NCBI GenBank assembly: GCA_965116475.1
Contig: OZ220691.1
Location: 3,520,001-3,584,000, forward strand
From: Gemmatimonadota bacterium
Lineage (GTDB): Bacteria > Gemmatimonadota > Gemmatimonadetes > Palauibacterales > Palauibacteraceae
Length of the DNA: 64,000 nt
Direction of reading: 5' to 3'
Numbering within the stretch: the first letter of the stretch is position 1; the number at the start of each line of letters is the position of its first letter. Below, piece by piece: positions 57,419 to 64,000 of this stretch. The translations under genes and the position numbers were made by a program. The notes beneath the pieces are model-generated. The model was not told where the DNA came from and made no database searches. It saw only the letters and a program-made list of their open reading frames with translations.

Positions 57419-58044
57419 ACCCGCCCCCGGTCCTCGTCGCCACGCGCAGCACCCACAAACTCCGCGAAATCCGCGGCCTCCTCGCCGACCTTCCCGTGCG
57501 GTTGCTCGGCCCGGAGGATCTCGGCCTGCCTGAACACGAGGAAGAGGACGACCTCGAACCCTTCGACACCTTCGCGCGCAACGCTTTGTCCAAGGCGAAG
57601 TACTTTCACCGCCGGTCCGGCCTCCCCGTGCTCGCGGACGATTCCGGGCTCTGCGTGGACGCGCTCGGGGGCGGCCCGGGCGTGCGGACGCGGCGCTTCG
57701 CTCCCCCCGACCGGGTCGCGCGCTGGGGACGGGACGAAGCGAACAACCGCTGGCTGCTCGAGCGGCTGGAAGACGTGGACGCGGGACGCCGCGGGGCGCA
57801 CTATCGTTGCGCGGTTGCGCTCACGGACGATCTGCGGCACGAAGTCGTGGAGGGCGTCGTGCGCGGCCGGATCGCGCGCCGACCCAGCGGCTCGGGAGGC
57901 TTCGGCTACGACCCGCTCTTCGTGCCGGAGGGCCACGACCGCCCCTACGCCGAACTGCCGGACGCGGTGAAGACGGCGACGAGTCACCGTGCGAAGGCGA
58001 TTCGGCAGGCGAGGGGATGGATCGAAAGGGAAGTCCTGCGGTGA
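57406..58044 (+). CDS. rdgB: Non-canonical purine NTP pyrophosphatase (RdgB/HAM1)
   Basis: VATRSTHKLRE, LADDSGL, GFGYDPLF, SHR; GGAG-N5-TTG start. Confidence 0.93.
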   Translation: MGGLNPPPVLVATRSTHKLREIRGLLADLPVRLLGPEDLGLPEHEEEDDLEPFDTFARNALSKAKYFHRRSGLPVLADDSGLCVDALGGGPGVRTRRFAPPDRVARWGRDEANNRWLLERLEDVDAGRRGAHYRCAVALTDDLRHEVVEGVVRGRIARRPSGSGGFGYDPLFVPEGHDRPYAELPDAVKTATSHRAKAIRQARGWIEREVLR

Positions 58045-58061
58045 CGAAGTCCTGCGGTGAC
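58030..58061 (+). repeat. 16-bp perfect tandem duplication GAAGTCCTGCGGTGAC x2
   Basis: Directly visible; duplicates the rdgB stop region. Confidence 0.9.
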
Positions 58062-58076
58062 CTTGCGCACGTTCAA

Positions 58077-58150
58077 TCGGGGCGGCCGGATTTGAACCGG
58101 CGACCCCCTGCTCCCAAAGCAGGTGCGCTACCGGACTGCGCCACGCCCCG
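58077..58150 (-). tRNA. tRNA-Pro (UGG), CCA not encoded
   Basis: CGGGGCGTGGCGCAGTCCGGTAGCGCACCTGCTTTGGGAGCAGGGGGTCGCCGGTTCAAATCCGGCCGCCCCGA. Confidence 0.96.
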
Positions 58151-58207
58151 AAGTCCCGAAAGATGGACCGACCGGGGGGCCGAAGCCACCCCGGCCTCGG
58201 AGAGGAC

Positions 58208-61200
58208 ATGAAGTTGCGCGCGGCCTTCGCGCGGGGGGGCGGGGCGGGCAAGCTGTTCGCCATGATGGGGCTGGCGGCGCTTGTGCTCTTCGTCATCGGG
58301 ATCCTGCGTCCCCTGCGCAGCGCCTTCGCGCTCTCGGGCCTCGCCGCGGGCGATTTCTACCAGGTGTACTTCATCAGCGCGGCGGTCGTGGTCGTCGCCC
58401 CCTTCTACAACTTCCTCTCGGACCGCATCTCGTGGCGCCGCCTCATCCCCCTGACGGCGGCGTTCTTCGCCCTCAGCATGGTTGCCTTCCGCCTTCTCTA
58501 CCAGCCGGGGGAGGCCTGGTTCGGGCTGGTCTTCTACGGATGGTACGACGTGCTGGCGGCCTCGCTCGTCACGCACTTCTACATCGCGACGCAGGTCTTC
58601 TACAACGCCCGCGATGCGAAACGCGCCTATCCCATCGTCATCGCCTCGGGTTCGGCCGGGGCCACGCTCGGAGCGCTCCTCACGACCGTCTTCACCTCGG
58701 GCGGCGGCCCGTCCGAGAACCTGCTGCTGGTGGCCGGGGCCGCGCTCCTCGTGCTGGCGGGCGGCCTCGCCCTCGTCTGGTCGCGGGAGCCTCCGGAGCC
58801 GCCGTCGGAGTACGCGCACGCGGAAGATCCCGAACTCGAGCGCAGCGACCTGCGGCGCATGGCCGCGAATCCGCAGGTGCGGCTCATCGCGGCCACCGTG
58901 CTCCTGACGATCGTCGTCAAGCAGTTCATCGACTACCAGTACAACACGCTCACGCGCGAGGTCTTCACCGATCTGGGCGCGATCGCCGGCTTCCTTGCCT
59001 TCGTCGACGTCCTCACGCAGTGGCTGCCGATCGTCGTCCTCCTCGCGCTGCGTCCCGTTCTGCGCCGCTGGGGGGCCGCGGTGGCCGTCATCATCTTCCC
59101 CGTGGCCGTGATCCTCGCGACCGGGGCGCTCGCCGCCGCCGTGTGGCTGTCCACCGCCGCGCTCGCCGTCGCCGTCGGGGCCCGGACGACGGAGAAGACG
59201 TTCCGCTATTCGGCCGAGCGCACGGGCCGCGAGATCCTCTATGTCCCTGTCCCGGAGGACATCAAGCTCAAGGCGAAATCCTACATCGACGTCGCGGTGG
59301 AGAAGGGGCTGGGGAAGGCGCTTTCGGGGGTGCTCATCGCGATCCCTTCGCTGGCGCTCGCGGGCCTTTCGATCATGGGCCGGCTCATCATCCTCGGGGT
59401 TGTTGGCGTGGCCCTGGCGGGCGTCCTGCTGTTCGCCTTCCTCAGGGTGCGAAAGTCGTACGTCGCGAGTCTCGCCCAGTCCTTCGAGGGGCGCTTCGCG
59501 AGCCTGCGCGGAACGTTCGTGTCGATGGCGGACGTGGGCGCGCTGGCTCTGGCGCGGGAGGCGCTCGAGGATGAGCGGCCGCTGAAGGTCGCCTTCGCCT
59601 TCGACGTGCTGCGCGGCGCCACGCCGGAGGATATCGAGGCGCTCTCGCCCGAACTGTACCGCCTCCTCGAGCACGAGAACCCCGGCCTTCGGGCACGGGC
59701 GCTGCGATCGCTGTCGCGCGCCCCCGGCCTCTCGAACGAGGCCGCCGTGCGGGCCCGGCTCGAGGATCCGGATTCGGCCGTGCGGCGCGCCGCGGCCCGG
59801 CTCCTCGCGCTGAAGGCGGCGCCGCGCGCCCGCGATGTCCTCATCCCGCTCCTCGACTCGGACTCGACGAACGCCCGCTCGGCCGCGCTCGACTGCCTGT
59901 TCAGCGACTTCGGCGCGGCGCGGGCCGAACGCATCGCGACCCCGCGCTTCGAACACCTGCTGCGGGAACACGAGCGGGGGACGCTCGAAGGCCCCGCCGC
60001 CCGCGAATTGGCGATGGCGGCGGGGCTCGTCCCCGGTCATCCGGCGGTGGAGCGCGTCCTCCTCGAACTCATCTCGGATCCGCGCGAGGAGGTCGCGGCG
60101 GCGGCCGCGCGCAGCGCCTCCCGGCTTCCGCAGCCGGAGCTCGTGCAGGCGGCCATCGCGTCCCTGGCGCTCCCACGGACCCGGAGTGCGGCTCGCGACG
60201 GCCTCGCGGGACGGGGAGAGGAAATCGTCAAGCCGCTCCTTGCGGCGCTTTCCGACCCGGCCGGCGACCCCTGGGTACGCCGGGGCGTGGCGAGCGTGCT
60301 CGGCGAGATCGCGACGCCCGCGACGATCGATGCCCTCATCACGTCCTACCTGCTGCCTGAGACCGAACAGGCCCTCGACGACCAGGCCCTCGTGTCGCTC
60401 CACCGGCTGCGCACCAGTCACGACCACCTCACGTTCCCGGAGGGGAGGGTGCTCGAGGCCGTGGAGCGCGAGGTCCAGGCGTCCCGGCGCTACGCCCGCG
60501 CGGCCTCCGCGCTCGAGGGTGTGCCGGCGTCGATGCCCGGAGCGCTGCTCCTCCGGGCGCTCGAAGAGGCGAGGAGAGACCGGCGGGCGAGTGTCTTCCG
60601 GTGGCTTGGGCTCGTGTACCCCGAACAGCCGATGCGGCGCAGCTATCTGGCCCTTGAGAGCGGACAGCCGCGGCGCCGCGCGAATGCGCTGGAGTGGATC
60701 GAGACGACCGTCGGGCACCGCACCTTCCTGGACCTCAGGCCGGTGCTCGCGGAGGAGATCCCCGAGGGGCCCTCGCGCGAGGCGGGGGATGTGCTGCGGG
60801 AGCTGTGGGACGATGAGGACGCCTGGATCGCGAGGTGCGCGCTCTGGACATCCTTCGAAACCGACCCCGGTGCGATGGGAGAAACCCTCCACGGTTTCAC
60901 GCCGGCGGAACCGGCGCTGGCGCTGGTCGCCCGCCGGCTGGCGCGACGGGTGGCGACCTCCGCGCGGGAGCCGGGAGACGAACGAGATGAGGAAGAGATG
61001 GAACTGATCGAAAAAGTGTTCCGCCTGCAGAACGTGGATCTCCTTTCGGGCGTGGAGAGCCGGCAACTCGCGCTCCTCGCCTCCATCGCGAGGGAGGTCG
61101 AGGTACGGCCGGACGCCATCTTCATCCGCAGGGGGGAGCCGACGGACGCCCTTTACCTCGTGATCCACGGCGACGTTTCGCTCGAGGGGGAGGGGGAGGG

Positions 61201-61411
61201 ATCGATCTCCATCACGGACGGAGAGGCGTTCGGAACGTGGGCGCTGATCGACGAACACCCGAGCGTCGTCGAGGCGCGCGCCGTCGCGCCCACCCGCGTG
61301 CTGCGCATCACCCGGGAGGATTTTCGAGACCTCCTCATCGACCATCCGGAACTCGGCCTCGACCTGCTCCGGGGGCTCGCGAGTCGCGTTCGCGGCCTGG
61401 CGATGACATGA
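58208..61411 (+). CDS. Npt/NTT (ATP:ADP antiporter)-family transporter fused to HEAT repeats and a C-terminal cNMP-binding domain
   Basis: ~12 TM helices with AKRAYP, FIDYQY, REILYVPVP..KLKAKSYID; HEAT-like repeats; GEAFGTWAL..HPSVVEA cNMP fold. Confidence 0.82.
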   Translation: MKLRAAFARGGGAGKLFAMMGLAALVLFVIGILRPLRSAFALSGLAAGDFYQVYFISAAVVVVAPFYNFLSDRISWRRLIPLTAAFFALSMVAFRLLYQPGEAWFGLVFYGWYDVLAASLVTHFYIATQVFYNARDAKRAYPIVIASGSAGATLGALLTTVFTSGGGPSENLLLVAGAALLVLAGGLALVWSREPPEPPSEYAHAEDPELERSDLRRMAANPQVRLIAATVLLTIVVKQFIDYQYNTLTREVFTDLGAIAGFLAFVDVLTQWLPIVVLLALRPVLRRWGAAVAVIIFPVAVILATGALAAAVWLSTAALAVAVGARTTEKTFRYSAERTGREILYVPVPEDIKLKAKSYIDVAVEKGLGKALSGVLIAIPSLALAGLSIMGRLIILGVVGVALAGVLLFAFLRVRKSYVASLAQSFEGRFASLRGTFVSMADVGALALAREALEDERPLKVAFAFDVLRGATPEDIEALSPELYRLLEHENPGLRARALRSLSRAPGLSNEAAVRARLEDPDSAVRRAAARLLALKAAPRARDVLIPLLDSDSTNARSAALDCLFSDFGAARAERIATPRFEHLLREHERGTLEGPAARELAMAAGLVPGHPAVERVLLELISDPREEVAAAAARSASRLPQPELVQAAIASLALPRTRSAARDGLAGRGEEIVKPLLAALSDPAGDPWVRRGVASVLGEIATPATIDALITSYLLPETEQALDDQALVSLHRLRTSHDHLTFPEGRVLEAVEREVQASRRYARAASALEGVPASMPGALLLRALEEARRDRRASVFRWLGLVYPEQPMRRSYLALESGQPRRRANALEWIETTVGHRTFLDLRPVLAEEIPEGPSREAGDVLRELWDDEDAWIARCALWTSFETDPGAMGETLHGFTPAEPALALVARRLARRVATSAREPGDERDEEEMELIEKVFRLQNVDLLSGVESRQLALLASIAREVEVRPDAIFIRRGEPTDALYLVIHGDVSLEGEGEGSISITDGEAFGTWALIDEHPSVVEARAVAPTRVLRITREDFRDLLIDHPELGLDLLRGLASRVRGLAMT

Positions 61412-61417
61412 TCCGAC

Positions 61418-61903
61418 ATGGATGAGATCAAGCCGGACGGCGGCACCGTGATGGTCGTCGACGACGAGGACATGGTCGTGGACGCCATTCAGGGATTCCT
61501 GGAGCTGGAAACCGACCATCTCGTGCTCCCCTTCACATCCGTGCGCGACGCGCTCGCCCACCTCGAGGAGGAACCGGTCCACGCGATCGTGGCCGACCTG
61601 ATGATGCCCGAACTCGATGGGGTGCAGTTCCTGACGCGAGCCCGCCGGCTGAGGCCGGAGGCGACCCGGATCCTGCTCACGGGCTACGCTGACAAGGAAA
61701 ACGCCATCCTCGGGATCAACGAGGCCGGACTCTACCAGTACCTCGAGAAGCCGTGGAACAACGACGCGCTGGCCTTCGCCATCCGCAACGGCGTCGAGCG
61801 AAGCCGCCTCTTTCGCGCGCTGACCGAACGCATCGCCGAACTCGAGGCGGCCAACGACGAACTCGCCGGGCTCCGGCAGCGCTGGATACAGGCTTTTCTG
61901 TGA
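61418..61903 (+). CDS. Response regulator (receiver plus coiled coil)
   Basis: VVDDE, ADLMMPELDG, LLTGY, EKPW. Confidence 0.92.
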   Translation: MDEIKPDGGTVMVVDDEDMVVDAIQGFLELETDHLVLPFTSVRDALAHLEEEPVHAIVADLMMPELDGVQFLTRARRLRPEATRILLTGYADKENAILGINEAGLYQYLEKPWNNDALAFAIRNGVERSRLFRALTERIAELEAANDELAGLRQRWIQAFL

Positions 61904-62697
61904 GCGACCCGCGACTCGAGCCGACAGCCCGGGAGATCACGCAGGCCCGACTGGCGACGCTCGGCATGCTGGTCGCGGGGATCGCCCACGAACTCAACAC
62001 CCCGCTGGGCGCGCTGAACAGCAACCACCACGTCATCGAGCGCGCGCTCCTCAAGCTGGGGGAGATCCTCGAGGACGAGGTCGTCACGCCGGACGAACTC
62101 GACGAGGTCCGGAGGGTCGTGCGGGCCACGGAATCGGTGCTGCGAACCAATGGCATCGCGGTGGAACGCATGGTGAATCTCGTGCGGAACCTGCGGAACT
62201 TCGGCCGGCCCACGACCTCCGAGCCTCGCCCCGTGGACCTGCACGAGGGGATCGAGGGCACGCTGGCCCTGCTCGGACACGAGCTGAGGGAGATCGAGGT
62301 CGTCCGCGACTTCGGGGACCTGCCGCCGGTCGTGTGCCATCCGAACCGCATCAACCAGGTGTTCATGAACCTCGTGCACAACGCGGCCCAGGCCATGCAC
62401 GACGGTGGCGTACTCACGATCCGGACGCGCACGGAAGGGGACCACGCGCATGTCCGCGTCGCGGACACGGGCCGGGGCATCCCGCACGACGTCATCGATC
62501 AGATCTTCGAGCCCGGCTTCACCACCAAGGGCGAGCGGATCGGGATGGGGCTGGGTCTCGCGATCACACTCCAGATCGTGCACCAGCACGGAGGAGACAT
62601 CGCGGTGGAGAGCGAACCGGGACGCGGGACGACGTTCGACGTAGCCATCCCGCTCCGGCAGCCCATGGGTCCCGCACGGAAGGAGGCTTCGGCATGA
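61900..62697 (+). CDS. Histidine kinase lacking a sensor domain
   Basis: AGIAHELNTP, QVFMNLVHNA, DTGRGI, FTTK..GMGLGL. Confidence 0.92.
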   Translation: MSDPRLEPTAREITQARLATLGMLVAGIAHELNTPLGALNSNHHVIERALLKLGEILEDEVVTPDELDEVRRVVRATESVLRTNGIAVERMVNLVRNLRNFGRPTTSEPRPVDLHEGIEGTLALLGHELREIEVVRDFGDLPPVVCHPNRINQVFMNLVHNAAQAMHDGGVLTIRTRTEGDHAHVRVADTGRGIPHDVIDQIFEPGFTTKGERIGMGLGLAITLQIVHQHGGDIAVESEPGRGTTFDVAIPLRQPMGPARKEASA

Positions 62698-63692
62698 CGC
62701 GATGCGCCGATCCGTTACGCGCCCTTGTCCTCGTCGCGGCGCTGGCCGCAGTTGCGGCGCCGGCTCCCGCGGCGGCTCAGGACGCCAATTTTCTTCTCCC
62801 CATCGCCGAGATCGAACGGATCCTGCGCGAGGGCGAAATCCAGGTCCTCGACGTACACCCGTCCCGCGGTCTTCCCGGCGAGCGCACGTATCGCGTGACG
62901 CTGCAGTCCGGCGACCACGTGCTCCAGGTCAAGTACGCCCCGGCCGCCGAGGGGGCGGACGAGTTCAACAACCGGCCCCGCTACGAGCTCGCGGCCTACG
63001 ACGTCCAGTCCCTTTTCCTCGACGAACGGGAAATGGTCGTCCCTCCGACCGCGATCCGCGCGTTCCCGCTCGATGTGGTCCGGGCCACGGTCGCCGGGAC
63101 GGGAGACGCGGCCACTCCACCGGAGCCGACGTTCGACGAGTGGCCCATGACGCTCGTCGCGCTCCAGTACTGGATGTTCAACGTCGACCTTCCGGAGGAG
63201 CTGCCGGACGAAGACCGAATCGAGGAAGACGAGGCCTACGAGCGCCTGCTCGGGAACTTCAACCTGCTCACCTACATCATCCGCCACAGCGACTCGAACG
63301 AGGGGAACTTCGTGCAGTCGATGGACCCCGCCTGGCCGCGCGTGTTCAGCGTCGACAACGGCGTGGCGTTCGCCAGCGAGGAGAGCAACCGCGGCACGCG
63401 CTGGCGCAATCTCCAGCTCGACCGCTATCCGGCCTCCGCGATCGACCGGCTGCGCGGCCTCTCGGTCGAAGAGCTGCAGGCCCAACTCGGGGTCCTCGTC
63501 CAGCTCGAGCTGCGGGGCGGAAACTTCGTGGAGGTGGAGCCGACGGAGAACCTCGACCCCGGCCGCGGGGTCCGCCGCGACGGGGAGCGGATCCAGCTCG
63601 GTCTCACGGAGTCCGAGATCCGGGCCATGCACCGGCGCATCGTCCGCCTCCTCGAGCGGGTGGACGAAGGCCGCTACGAGTTGATCCCCTGA
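62694..63692 (+). CDS. Secreted protein with atypical kinase-like (FAM20/PI3-4K/HipA-like) motifs
   Basis: Signal peptide ending AAA-Q; VKY, RYELAAY, VPPT, HSDSNEGN, VDNGVAF. Confidence 0.62.
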   Translation: MTRCADPLRALVLVAALAAVAAPAPAAAQDANFLLPIAEIERILREGEIQVLDVHPSRGLPGERTYRVTLQSGDHVLQVKYAPAAEGADEFNNRPRYELAAYDVQSLFLDEREMVVPPTAIRAFPLDVVRATVAGTGDAATPPEPTFDEWPMTLVALQYWMFNVDLPEELPDEDRIEEDEAYERLLGNFNLLTYIIRHSDSNEGNFVQSMDPAWPRVFSVDNGVAFASEESNRGTRWRNLQLDRYPASAIDRLRGLSVEELQAQLGVLVQLELRGGNFVEVEPTENLDPGRGVRRDGERIQLGLTESEIRAMHRRIVRLLERVDEGRYELIP

Positions 63693-63706
63693 GGCGTCGG
63701 CGTTGG

Positions 63707-64000
63707 ATGTCCGGTCTGCTGGGCGTTGCCGTCGCCGGCGCGGGGGCGGGCTGGACCGGCTCCATGCCCGCTCCCGGCGACGCGACGCCGGCGGCCGGAC
63801 AGCCTCCGCGGCCGGGGCAGCCCGGCTGGCACGTCGCGGGGGAGTACGGACTCTACGTCGCGTTCGCCGACGCCGGCCTCGAAGTCCGCTGGCTGACGGA
63901 GAAGGAGGGGCCCGGCCTGGTCCGGGCGATCGTGGACGGACAGGTCGTCGATGAGCAGAGGACGGACCCGGGATACGCGCACACGGCTCGCCTGCGGGTA
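63707..64000 (+). CDS. Hypothetical protein, 3'-truncated by window edge
   Basis: Frame open from ATG 63707 to the end of the window with host-like codon usage. Confidence 0.5.
   Translation, partial: MSGLLGVAVAGAGAGWTGSMPAPGDATPAAGQPPRPGQPGWHVAGEYGLYVAFADAGLEVRWLTEKEGPGLVRAIVDGQVVDEQRTDPGYAHTARLRV

Noticed and set aside
58030..58150. tRNA-Pro as an island boundary
   Set aside because: The adjacent 16-bp duplication does not match the tRNA 3' end and no mobility gene is nearby
1..64000. Many long antisense/alternate-frame ORFs (e.g. 58073-61582, 41748-44423, 43391-45829 on the minus strand)
   Set aside because: Arg/Gly/Pro-rich shadows of well-supported genes, expected at high GC
1..64000. 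Selenoprotein genes (in-frame TGA) given selB and selC
   Set aside because: No gene showed a TGA at a conserved Cys position; the Cys motifs inspected are intact. This was a by-eye check only
1..64000. CRISPR array or rRNA
   Set aside because: No regularly spaced repeat-spacer pattern or rRNA-like sequence seen

Overview
High-GC bacterial chromosomal window; gene content tentatively suggests Gemmatimonadota (inference only). It has five parts. (1) 1-10.8 kb: housekeeping genes (metK 3' end, recO, selB, ptsN, tmRNA, greA, mlaDFE-like ABC system, ridA, tRNA-Sec). (2) A ~10.6-kb element integrated at the tRNA-Sec 3' end (16-bp direct repeat at 10811-10826 and 21400-21415). It encodes a P4-type integrase and a rearranged HK97-like head/neck module (terminase, HNH, capsid, GTA-type spike-base-like protein, double-domain prohead protease, connector, portal, closure, terminator-like and gp10-like proteins). 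No tail, lysis or replication gene is recognisable, which fits a tail-less capsid-forming satellite. (3) 21.4-37.6 kb: lpxH, lptE, a 10-gene Mrp/Mnh antiporter operon, small metabolic genes and hemC. (4) 37.5-57.4 kb: a respiratory/cofactor supercluster with HmuY, Mrp/NBP35 ATPase, ferredoxin, three proteins carrying four PCP_red-like domains (including a USP and a NirJ/Ahb-like radical SAM), an orphan cytochrome bd-like subunit I with three c-type cytochromes, a cupredoxin-like lipoprotein and an A1-type heme-copper oxidase. (5) 57.4-64 kb: rdgB, tRNA-Pro and an operon linking an NTT-HEAT-cNMP nucleotide transporter, a two-component pair and a secreted atypical-kinase-like protein. All family calls are by motif recognition; no database searches were run.
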